Below are positions 1 through 8,172 of a DNA stretch of 13,062 nt, piece by piece. Origin of the DNA: an uncultured archaeon. GTDB lineage: Archaea; Asgardarchaeota; Thorarchaeia; Thorarchaeales; CAZPUN01. The stretch's first letter is position 1, and each line of letters starts with the position of its first letter. The position numbers and the translations under genes are program-made. A model generated the notes under the pieces. The model was not told where the DNA came from. It ran no database searches and worked only from the letters and a program-made list of their open reading frames with translations. The stretch is from assembly GCA_964589775.1 (NCBI GenBank), contig CAZPUN010000005.1:1-13062 (forward strand), written 5' to 3'.

Positions 1-174
1 ATACGACTCCCAGAATCGTTTAAGTGCTTCATACGAGTCTGGCGTAGCGGAATGTTTCGGGTCTATCTATGGTAATACGACACGCATTCGCGGTTATCCT
101 GCCAAATATCATTATCATCACTTAGTTTCGGCGAATCAAAAATGTAATACGACACGCATTCGCGGTTATCCTGC
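1..174 (-). CRISPR. CRISPR-like mini-array: 31-bp repeat, 2 exact copies plus 1 degenerate copy truncated at the window edge, 2 spacers (41 and about 44 nt)
   Basis: GTAATACGACACGCATTCGCGGTTATCCTGC occurs exactly at 72-102 and 144-174, with a 41-nt spacer at 103-143. Positions 1-27 align to the repeat at 18/28 positions with one gap. The array sits directly beside a type I-A operon. Minus orientation is inferred from the AT-rich leader on the right and the degenerate copy on the left. Confidence 0.7.
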
Positions 175-437
175 TAAAAATAGGCAGGCGGTTAAGACGG
201 AACTGCAGAATCATACTTATTTGTATATTCATCAAATTCCTAGATTTAGGAATGGATCTTTCAGGTTCATGAATTTTTCAAGAGTATACTTTGAAGGTTT
301 GTGCTCAACTAAATTGGGTAAGGCATATATGTTTCACGGAAATGAAACATTTGAAAGGTTCTATATGAAACATTTTGCAATATGCTTAAATAAGTCTTTG
401 AATAATTATTTACATGGGCAATTACGAGGTGAAATTT
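175..437. promoter_or_regulatory. CRISPR leader and divergent cas promoter region
   Basis: Mostly AT-rich gap between the array and csa5. TATA-like TTAAATA at 386-392 and RBS GAGGTG at 426-431. Confidence 0.6.
329..373. promoter_or_regulatory. Palindromic operator ATGTTTCA-N6-TGAAACAT plus an extra half-site (candidate Csa3 site)
   Basis: Perfect 8-bp inverted repeat at 329-336/343-350. A third TGAAACAT lies at 366-373, just upstream of the TATA-like box. Confidence 0.55.
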
Positions 438-809
438 ATGTCCGAGTTAGATAAGATTCCAAATGAGATTGTTAAAATGCTTAGGTTTTTCGTACAGCGG
501 AAGAACTTTAGCTATGTGGATCGTATTGGGAACACCCTATCCAAAGATGCAGTAGAGATGGCACTCAAAGATGCGTTACGAGACCTTAATTCGTACTATT
601 TGAGTGCGCAGGTAGATGCTAAGGGATTTCGTTTTATTAAAGAGCGCGACGGTTCAATAACATATCTTCCCAATATACCATCACAAAATTCTATAGATAC
701 ATTTTTACAACTACTTAATGAGGATATTAGTTATGGGCGAAAGCTTGCCATGTTAGCTTTAACATGGGCTGGCAAAAATTCCGAATCAAAAAATGGGAGT
801 GAAAACTAA
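438..809 (+). CDS. csa5: Type I-A small subunit Csa5 (Cas11)
   Basis: Small helical protein with the Csa5-like segment FSYVDRIGNTLSKDAVEMALKDALR, first in the operon before cas7. Start moved from 414 to ATG 438 because GAGGTG lies 6 nt upstream. Confidence 0.85.
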   Translation: MSELDKIPNEIVKMLRFFVQRKNFSYVDRIGNTLSKDAVEMALKDALRDLNSYYLSAQVDAKGFRFIKERDGSITYLPNIPSQNSIDTFLQLLNEDISYGRKLAMLALTWAGKNSESKNGSEN

Positions 810-838
810 GCAAAAAATTAGTTGAGGGTGATCATGTA

Positions 839-1861
839 ATGTTCATATCTGTAGGAATAACATTTGAAGCGAACGTGGAAGCACTCAACATGGTTGAGAC
901 TGCTGGAAATTATTCAAAGCATAGAAGAGTTCCATACTATATAAAAGATGATGCAGGCAATTACAAGACCATTTATGTACCTGCCATCAGCGGTGAGAGC
1001 CTTGCGCATGCATATCAGGTTCATTTGGTCAATGAGGCCAACCGACTCTACGGTAAAAATGCTCCGGTTTGCCCTGACTGTGCTGTAGGCGGATTCTTTA
1101 AGAGCATGGACAGACCGCATTTGGAAACGAAGATGAAAATACTTAATATAAATAAGAAGGATCTCATGGCCAAAGAAGTCGAGGAAATAATAATAAAATC
1201 CTGTCTTGTTGAAGACATTGGCGGATTCATGTATGCTGAAAAGCCTCCGGTCCGAAGATCCAGTGGATTTCAAGTAAGCTATGCATTACCAGTTAAGGAT
1301 TCAGCTGCTTTTGCCACTACGGAACCACAGTTGCATGCTAGGCATGCTCAAATGACAGGCGAAGAAGACAAAAAGAAATCCAAAACTTCAGAGCAGATGA
1401 TTTACTATGTTGAGACTGGTTCTGCAATATATGGCATGGTATTCAATTTAGACCTTGATTCAATCGGAATTAGTTCCCAAGGATACGGGAAGCTCTTGGA
1501 CGATAATGAAATCAAGATGCGTAAAAAGGTTGCATTGAATGCGCTTCTCAGATTCGTTTCCTCGCAGCAATTTGGTGCCAAGTTATCTCGATTCTTCCCA
1601 GTTGGCGGGATCGTTTCATTGACGGCATCTCTTACTGAAGGACCTTTCAGTGTCACATCGCCAATTTATCCAGACCACGGCATAACGACTCTTAAGCGTT
1701 TAGGCACTCTAAAAAACATACTTGATGAAAATGTAAAATTCGTATTTACTGAAAATGTTGATATAGAAACTGAAAATTATGATTTTGCCGTATCAGTGGC
1801 TACTCCTGAGGAAGCGATCAGTGAAATTATCAAAGAACTAGAAAACAACAACGTACTGTGA
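839..1861 (+). CDS. cas7: Type I-A Cas7 (Csa2/DevR family) backbone subunit
   Basis: Motifs ANVEALNMVETAGNY, VPAISGESLAHAYQ, CPDC, EDIGGFMYAE and VRRSSGFQVSYALP. GGTG RBS upstream. Confidence 0.93.
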   Translation: MFISVGITFEANVEALNMVETAGNYSKHRRVPYYIKDDAGNYKTIYVPAISGESLAHAYQVHLVNEANRLYGKNAPVCPDCAVGGFFKSMDRPHLETKMKILNINKKDLMAKEVEEIIIKSCLVEDIGGFMYAEKPPVRRSSGFQVSYALPVKDSAAFATTEPQLHARHAQMTGEEDKKKSKTSEQMIYYVETGSAIYGMVFNLDLDSIGISSQGYGKLLDDNEIKMRKKVALNALLRFVSSQQFGAKLSRFFPVGGIVSLTASLTEGPFSVTSPIYPDHGITTLKRLGTLKNILDENVKFVFTENVDIETENYDFAVSVATPEEAISEIIKELENNNVL

Positions 1862-1871
1862 GGTGTTGTCA

Positions 1872-2645
1872 TTGAAATCAACCTCACTTATTTTTCTTAA
1901 TGTAAAACTTTCACCTTCTGGTATGTATGCCATGCGAACAGTTCCCGCAAGTAAGATGCGATTAGCACTAAAATATCCACCTCCTACAACTATTATCGGA
2001 GCATTAACGTATCCGATTTTCAGAATAATGAACTGGAGAGACGAGGTGCTCAATAACAATAAAAACTCAATACTGCCTTCATATGAGCGTATAAAAGACA
2101 TTTTCAAATATGTTTCTGCTCGAATAAATGGAAAACTATTCACATATGGTACGTTATTACGAATACATCGAATGTATAATAAGAAGGTGGATTTTGCTAT
2201 AACTTCGTCTCCAATGATCTTAGCATACGGTGAGGAAAGAAATCTGTTTGAGTTAGCATACCTAATCGACTTGGACGCTGCAGAAAAGCATGGCATAACT
2301 AAAGAAAAGATCATTCGTGCGGCATGGGGCATTACGCGTATAGGCTCTAGAGAATCTGTATTCAGTGTAGATGAGGTTGTAGTACATAGTCCAACAATTA
2401 AACAAACAACAAAAGCAGAAACTTCGTTTGCCTTTGAGTACAGTGAAAGTTTCAATATAAATGGCAATGGCGAATTCAAAAAGGTAGTGAAATGGAACGA
2501 TGGTAAGCTATCAGATTATACTTCGGCAAAATGGGTTCCATATTTTTACCCACAGGACAAGGTTACAGTTACTTCGGATAGTTCATTTAATGTTATTGAA
2601 GTTGATCAAGAAAGCTTAGTTATGGGGGAGATATCTGTTGAGTAA
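1872..2645 (+). CDS. cas5: Type I-A Cas5 (Cas5a)
   Basis: YPPPTTIIGAL signature and Gly loop ITRIGSRES. The listed GTG at 1863 is part of the GAGGTG RBS, so TTG 1872 is the likelier start. Confidence 0.9.
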   Translation: MKSTSLIFLNVKLSPSGMYAMRTVPASKMRLALKYPPPTTIIGALTYPIFRIMNWRDEVLNNNKNSILPSYERIKDIFKYVSARINGKLFTYGTLLRIHRMYNKKVDFAITSSPMILAYGEERNLFELAYLIDLDAAEKHGITKEKIIRAAWGITRIGSRESVFSVDEVVVHSPTIKQTTKAETSFAFEYSESFNINGNGEFKKVVKWNDGKLSDYTSAKWVPYFYPQDKVTVTSDSSFNVIEVDQESLVMGEISVE

Positions 2646-3984
2646 CACAACTTATGAAGTGAACTTGAATAATATACCCATATCCGGGTTCATGCGAGAT
2701 CTTATAATGACCGGAATTGGCTATCTAATTAAGGTACATGCAGTATCTTATGAAATCAATGGACACAAAATTACATTTGATGATCCAGGTTATATTGGTG
2801 AGGCATTTGATGAAGCTGTAAAAAAATATGAAACAAAATTTACAGTATCCAAGGGATCAAAAATTTCAGGAAATGATAAAAAATCATTCAGAGAAACAGT
2901 ACGTCAATGGTTTAACGAAGGTCCTAAAGATTATTATTCAGAACTTTTCATATTAACCCTTAAGAAAATTTCAGAAATGCTGAAAGATGGTTCAATAGAT
3001 CTTAAAAAATCCTTATCAGCCTTTAAAGTGTCTAAGAATGGAATTAGACTCGGTGATGTGCCCAACGGTAAGAAGGCATTCATATCACCTGCAATTCTAA
3101 AAAATATGGAATATTACTCACAGGGAACATCCTTCATGAAACCAACCTATGGAAATAATGCCATGATCGATTTTGATGCCTTCTGGTTTTCAATATTATC
3201 ATTAGGATTTCTAATTGCATACGGTGGATTCAGAGGTGATTATTACTATATCTTAAAACCCGATGTTGAAGCTATATTCGCAAATAACTTATTAGGTCTC
3301 GTATTCGACATATTAAGAATACTCACAGATTTAAGTATTAAAAATCGATACATCTTAGAAGCTGAAGAACTATTTGAGTTTTCTATGGCATTCGATATTA
3401 TTAGAGATGTAAATATCAATCTTGACAACTTCATGAATAATGAAGTCTATCCCATACGTGTGTACAAAGTTTCATTTATGGGAAATGTATATCTTGCGAA
3501 AAGTGTTTATGATTTGAGCTTTAGTGAACTAATAAGATTCACAAATAACTATTTGAAATCACTCAGAAGTATTCCTGGGTGGAATAAGATATTTTATCTG
3601 CCCCCGCCCAAAGACGATAAAAACTCTAAAAATAAATCAAAGAAATCCGAATCGAAACAAGAGGATTCCAAAATAGATATGGATTTACTATACGCAAACG
3701 GACTAACACCTTTAGAACAATTATTACACATAGCAAATAGGGCGATCGGATCGAAAAAGAATCCAGATAATGAAATGATTTCATTTATAATGGTAAAAGA
3801 TATCTATCGAAGCGTAATGTCACACAATATTTCTGTGTTGGAACAAAGTCTATACAGAATTTTACGAAAATATGTACAATACGATGCTAGTGAAAGCAAG
3901 AACATTGACAAGAGTCTCAAAGCTACTCTATATCGATTTGCAAACATCGAGCACACTAAAATTCTCTTGAAATCTATATTATAA
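2638..3984 (+). CDS. cas8a: Type I-A large subunit Cas8a (CsaX/Csa4-like)
   Basis: 448 aa, between cas5 and cas3'. Overlaps the end of cas5 by 8 nt and has a GGGGGAG RBS. Assigned mainly by position and size; the subfamily is uncertain. Confidence 0.7.
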   Translation: MSNTTYEVNLNNIPISGFMRDLIMTGIGYLIKVHAVSYEINGHKITFDDPGYIGEAFDEAVKKYETKFTVSKGSKISGNDKKSFRETVRQWFNEGPKDYYSELFILTLKKISEMLKDGSIDLKKSLSAFKVSKNGIRLGDVPNGKKAFISPAILKNMEYYSQGTSFMKPTYGNNAMIDFDAFWFSILSLGFLIAYGGFRGDYYYILKPDVEAIFANNLLGLVFDILRILTDLSIKNRYILEAEELFEFSMAFDIIRDVNINLDNFMNNEVYPIRVYKVSFMGNVYLAKSVYDLSFSELIRFTNNYLKSLRSIPGWNKIFYLPPPKDDKNSKNKSKKSESKQEDSKIDMDLLYANGLTPLEQLLHIANRAIGSKKNPDNEMISFIMVKDIYRSVMSHNISVLEQSLYRILRKYVQYDASESKNIDKSLKATLYRFANIEHTKILLKSIL

Positions 3985-3998
3985 GGTGTGAATTGTAA

Positions 3999-5699
3999 AT
4001 GTGTTCTTTATCTAACGCAAAACAAAAAATATTTCAGGCTATCAAAAAAAAGATTAAAAAGACGCCAGATAAACGTCCGTTAATCGACGAAGTAATTAAT
4101 AACTTAGAAAAGGACTTACCTACGTCCTACCCACTTTTTTATGTGATAAAAGCACCTACGGGCTATGGAAAAACGACAATTACGCAGATTTTGGGGTTAT
4201 TTGCTTTATATGATAAAACCTATTTTGAAAAGGTTATCCATGTTCTCCCAATGCGAACAATAATAGAGTCTGCAGCAAAAAATACTGATGAGATCTTTGA
4301 ACATGCAATCGCACAGAAAATTTCAAAGAAAAAGATGATGGGATCTTCTGAAACGATCTTCTATTTGAATCCTATCTCTTTTGTAACTATTGATACGTTC
4401 ATCTACGATATTATAAAACTAAATACAAAAAAATTAGATCGTATTCGTAAAAGACTTGAATTCGGTCACGATTACTTTACACAAGCATCTATTTTGAATT
4501 CTCTTGTAATTTTTGATGAAGTACACATGCTTCTATTCGACGATAAAATCAAAAACGTTTTTGCAACTATTTTAAAATTCCTATTTATGAATCGGGTTCC
4601 AATTCTAATTATGACCGCTACAATTAGTAAGAAACAGATATCTAGATTAATGAAATTTTTCGAAGGAATTGTGGGCGAAATAAAAGGATTCCGGGTTTTT
4701 GAACCTAACCAAAATGATCCGTATATTCAGAACGAAAGCAAAAAAAGATACACTGTAAACTATTACAACAATACCCAAAATATACTTGAGTTGATTGATA
4801 AGGAAAAACGAAATTTGATTGTTCGAAACACAGTATCCAGTGCTGTTAGTTTGTATAAAAAAATTTGTAGCGACCCAAGATTTAAAGAAATTGATAAATT
4901 ATTGCTTCACAGTCGATTTACTTTGGCGGATAGGAATAAAAAAATTAAAGAGTTAGATGAAATTACATCAAAGGATAGATTCATAATTGTATCAACTCAA
5001 GTAGTCGAAGCAGGAGTTGATATCTCCTCAGATGTTCTCATAACTGATCTTGCTCCCCCTAATTCTTTAATTCAACGCATGGGTAGAGTTGCGCGTCGTC
5101 CTAATGAATCAGAAGGTACAATTCATATTATTGATTATACTGATCCGTATCCATATCCAATTGAGTATATCGATTCGATTCGTAAAATTTTACAAATGAA
5201 GACCTCATCTTCAGACCAACTTTCTAAGGAGGTGGGCAGTAACCCAATATCACAAGTAAATAATGTAAAAAAGAACACTTCATTATCGCCCCGAATTCCT
5301 GAGACATATGATGACCTTATAAATGCGGTACGACCAAAGTTTTTCGATTCAGACGCTTTATTACTTAATAAAATATTATCTCCTCTTGAGCGTTCTATTC
5401 AAGTTTTAGAATTCATCGAGAGGAAGAATGACCAATTCCTAAGGGATTACATGGTCAATGCAAAGATCGAAAAAACTAATGAAATAATAACCGTAAGTTT
5501 AAGCCTTCTTAGTAAATTATTGGAGAAGCAAAAGATAAAATTAAATCCGAAATTTAAACATATTGAAGCTAAAATTAATTCCAAGCAATATTACGCGGCA
5601 GCAAAGCTGATTGCTCGTGAGAGTATTAATAATAAAAATTTTGAAATAATTATTGACAAATCTGCTTATGATGACACATATGGTTTGCAGGTGGGGTGA
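3999..5699 (+). CDS. cas3: Cas3' SF2 helicase (no HD domain)
   Basis: Walker A APTGYGKT, DEVH, MTAT, HSRF, STQVVEAGVDI and QRMGRVAR helicase motifs. Confidence 0.95.
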   Translation: MCSLSNAKQKIFQAIKKKIKKTPDKRPLIDEVINNLEKDLPTSYPLFYVIKAPTGYGKTTITQILGLFALYDKTYFEKVIHVLPMRTIIESAAKNTDEIFEHAIAQKISKKKMMGSSETIFYLNPISFVTIDTFIYDIIKLNTKKLDRIRKRLEFGHDYFTQASILNSLVIFDEVHMLLFDDKIKNVFATILKFLFMNRVPILIMTATISKKQISRLMKFFEGIVGEIKGFRVFEPNQNDPYIQNESKKRYTVNYYNNTQNILELIDKEKRNLIVRNTVSSAVSLYKKICSDPRFKEIDKLLLHSRFTLADRNKKIKELDEITSKDRFIIVSTQVVEAGVDISSDVLITDLAPPNSLIQRMGRVARRPNESEGTIHIIDYTDPYPYPIEYIDSIRKILQMKTSSSDQLSKEVGSNPISQVNNVKKNTSLSPRIPETYDDLINAVRPKFFDSDALLLNKILSPLERSIQVLEFIERKNDQFLRDYMVNAKIEKTNEIITVSLSLLSKLLEKQKIKLNPKFKHIEAKINSKQYYAAAKLIARESINNKNFEIIIDKSAYDDTYGLQVG

Positions 5700-5705
5700 T
5701 GTTAA

Positions 5706-6419
5706 ATGAGTACATGTTATTCGTTTTTTGGTGGATCCAATGAAACTATGCGTGATCATATTGAAGCTGGGCTAGACATCATTAAACTCTTTGAAAAATA
5801 TAATTATGACAAATACTTGACTCGCATATTAGAAATTGACCCTACGAAACCAAATATAGCAAAGGATGTATTGGAACTAACATATGTATTTCATGATATT
5901 GGAAAAGGATTAGAAAAGTTTCAAACGCGTAAAAAGGGCTTTCTGGCACATGAATTTTATTCGTCATATATTTTTTACAAAACAGTAAGTGCAAACTGGT
6001 TGGATGACAATTTAAAAACAATAATGTCAATAGCAATTATGTTACATCATCACACAATGAAAAATAGAATTGATATTATTCTTAATAATGATGACAATCC
6101 TTTGAATATTTCAGAATGTTGCATAGATTTATTCGCCGAATATGGTAAAGAATATGAGATACAATTTGATATAAAAAATGCAGTTATAACGAATAATAAC
6201 ACGAAAAATTTCTGCATAGATATAAATGAAACACTATCTGAAAAATCAAGCATATTTCGATTAAATTCTGGAACTCCTATGATACGCAAAGTATATGCAA
6301 TATTGTATCCGATCATAATTGCGGACAATTATTCTGCAAATGTGAATCGCGGTAAATCTGGAAAGGGTATTTTAATGCACGATATTGAGCCTTATGTGGA
6401 ATTGCTAAAATCGATATAG
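5706..6419 (+). CDS. cas3'': Cas3'' HD nuclease
   Basis: DH, FHDIGK, HEFYS, LHHH and IIADNYSA metal-binding motifs. A separate HD gene is typical of type I-A. Confidence 0.93.
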   Translation: MSTCYSFFGGSNETMRDHIEAGLDIIKLFEKYNYDKYLTRILEIDPTKPNIAKDVLELTYVFHDIGKGLEKFQTRKKGFLAHEFYSSYIFYKTVSANWLDDNLKTIMSIAIMLHHHTMKNRIDIILNNDDNPLNISECCIDLFAEYGKEYEIQFDIKNAVITNNNTKNFCIDINETLSEKSSIFRLNSGTPMIRKVYAILYPIIIADNYSANVNRGKSGKGILMHDIEPYVELLKSI

Positions 6420-6432
6420 TAGGTGGCTGAAA

Positions 6433-7077
6433 ATCAAAACGATCTATTTAATCACAGTGGGATTTGATGAAAAATTTGCGGTTCGTTTTCTCCTACGTCA
6501 TAAAATACATCAAAATGACGTAATAATTCTCATAACGACTGAAGGATATAAAACAAACAGCAAAATAATAACTGCTATAAACACGTTGCGAAATCTAACT
6601 AATTCATGGGTGGATAAAGACCATTTCGTAATATTGACGGTGGACCTAAAGAAGAACTTTCTTGAATGGGCTAAGTCAATCCATGATGTGTTGGATTCCT
6701 ATGAGCCTGAAAGTATCAAAGCTCTTCTATCGGGTGGAATGCGAGCTATAATTATAATGACCTTTGTAGCACTTCAAAAATATACAAAATCTCGAACAAT
6801 AAATATTGAGATAGATTTTGAAAATCTAGAATCGTACATAAAAATTCCATTGCACGTACTTCGGCTCGAAAAATCTATTGAATTCTTAAAAATTCTAAAG
6901 GTTGTCCAAGAAAATCCCGGCATTTCAATTCGTGAGATTGCACGTCGTATGGACATATCGGCACCCACAATAAGTAGAAAAGTAAAGGAACTAAAAAGAC
7001 TGGGATTATTGGTGCCAGACAATTCGCTAATTATATCTAAAGATGGCGAATTCTACATCGATTATTTTGAATTATAG
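6433..7077 (+). CDS. csa3: Csa3 CARF-wHTH transcription regulator
   Basis: CARF motifs GFDEKFAVR and LSGGMRA, plus a C-terminal HTH ISIREIARRMDISAPTISRKVKEL. The frame stays open upstream of GTG 6457 (KTIYLITV), so the start is placed tentatively at ATC 6433. Confidence 0.9.
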   Translation: MKTIYLITVGFDEKFAVRFLLRHKIHQNDVIILITTEGYKTNSKIITAINTLRNLTNSWVDKDHFVILTVDLKKNFLEWAKSIHDVLDSYEPESIKALLSGGMRAIIIMTFVALQKYTKSRTINIEIDFENLESYIKIPLHVLRLEKSIEFLKILKVVQENPGISIREIARRMDISAPTISRKVKELKRLGLLVPDNSLIISKDGEFYIDYFEL

Positions 7078-7108
7078 TGTATTTACGTGTCTAATAATAC
7101 TAAAAATC

Positions 7109-7114
7109 TTTTTT
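7109..7114 (+). terminator. Possible oligo-T archaeal terminator of the cas operon
   Basis: T6 run about 30 nt after the csa3 stop, in a convergent intergenic gap. Confidence 0.25.
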
Positions 7115-7204
7115 GCTTCGTACGACGCTAAAAAATATGAGGATCGTTTCGATATTCTAATTCGTACAGATTAAATTAAAATATGAAAAAATAAAGAAGA
7201 GGAA

Positions 7205-7774
7205 TTACTCTTCGAGAACTTCGAAATATTCGTGTGGTTCGCCACATGCAGGACAGATCTTCGGTGGTTCTGTTCCTTCATATACATATCCGCAATTTCT
7301 GCATACCCATTTTACTACTTTATCTTTTTTGAATACTTTGCCTGCTTTAACATCATTTAGTAATTTTAAATAACGTTCTTCGTGGTGTTTTTCTGCGACC
7401 GCAATCGCTCGGAGGATAACTGCAATTTTCTTAAATCCTTCCTTCTCTGCCACGTCAGCAAACTCAGGGTACATCTTAGTGTGTTCATAATTTTCGCCTT
7501 CAGCAGCTTCTTTCAAATTCTCCTCCGTAGTGCCGATTTTTCCAGCAGGATATGTAGCTGTTATCTCAACTGGTCCCCCTTCGAGAAAGCTGAATATTCG
7601 TCGTGCATGAACTTTTTCTTGTTCTGCAGTCTCGAGGAATATTGCAGCAATCTTATCATATCCTTCTTTTTTTGCAACTTCTGCAAAGTATGTGTACTTG
7701 TTTCGTGCTTGGGATTCTCCAGCAAATGCAATTAGGAGATTTTTCTCAGTCTGGGTGCCTTTTATGCTCGGCAT
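7205..7774 (-). CDS. rbr: Rubrerythrin
   Basis: [12 protein letters not shown], diiron ExxH motifs (EKVH, EKHH), and a C-terminal rubredoxin domain CRNC...CPAC. Confidence 0.96.
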   Translation of the reverse strand: MPSIKGTQTEKNLLIAFAGESQARNKYTYFAEVAKKEGYDKIAAIFLETAEQEKVHARRIFSFLEGGPVEITATYPAGKIGTTEENLKEAAEGENYEHTKMYPEFADVAEKEGFKKIAVILRAIAVAEKHHEERYLKLLNDVKAGKVFKKDKVVKWVCRNCGYVYEGTEPPKICPACGEPHEYFEVLEE

Positions 7775-7783
7775 TTTGATTCC

Positions 7784-8164
7784 TCATAGCTTCTTTGACC
7801 ATAGTCCATGAATACTGCAATACTCACGGGCTTCAAGGACTTTTCCTGAAACTTCAAACACTGCGACTGGTTTTTCACCTGGTGAAAGGAACTTTCTGTG
7901 GACGCCATCTTCTGCAATTACTTCGATCCATTCAATATAGTGATTATCAACCATTGGATGTTCAATAGATCCAACTTTGACTTCGACTTTATTGCCATTT
8001 ACTGTAACAACCGGAAGATGCTTTTCATTTCCACTTTCGGTTACCTTCTCTTCTAATAGGACCATTGGCTTGCCACAACACGCCAGTGCATCAGCACCCT
8101 CATGAATGACTTCAACCATATTTCCACAAACTTCACATTTGTATATCTGTAATTTCTTTGTCAT
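7784..8164 (-). CDS. dfx: Desulfoferrodoxin (2Fe superoxide reductase)
   Basis: Desulforedoxin centre CEVC...CC, and SOR centre EKHLP, HPM, HYIEWI and CSIHGLW. Confidence 0.96.
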   Translation of the reverse strand: MTKKLQIYKCEVCGNMVEVIHEGADALACCGKPMVLLEEKVTESGNEKHLPVVTVNGNKVEVKVGSIEHPMVDNHYIEWIEVIAEDGVHRKFLSPGEKPVAVFEVSGKVLEAREYCSIHGLWSKKL

Positions 8165-8172
8165 TTCTCAAT

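Noticed and set aside
47-71. Spacer 2 resembles the operator half-site (GAAACATTCCGC vs GAAACATTTTGC at 367-378)
   Set aside because: The seed end does not match and there is no PAM, so it is too weak to call promoter targeting.
73-81. TAATACGAC resembles the start of the T7 promoter
   Set aside because: The match stops after 9 nt with no TCACTATAG, and there is no vector context.
54-174. Calling the array a TIGR-Tas array
   Set aside because: The unit is about 72 nt, the repeats lack box C/D motifs, and no Nop-domain gene is in the window; only the layout is analogous.
221-454. 77-aa ORF
   Set aside because: It spans the leader, operator and promoter, has a TTG start with no RBS, overlaps csa5 out of frame, and has no motif.
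914-2479. Minus-strand ORFs 914-1273, 1048-1230, 1405-1656 and 1838-2479
   Set aside because: Antisense shadows of cas7 and cas5.
3999-6419. Split Cas3 as a novelty
   Set aside because: Separate helicase and HD genes are the normal type I-A arrangement.
3246-7022. Short minus-strand ORFs inside cas8a, cas3', cas3'' and csa3
   Set aside because: Antisense shadows with no motifs.
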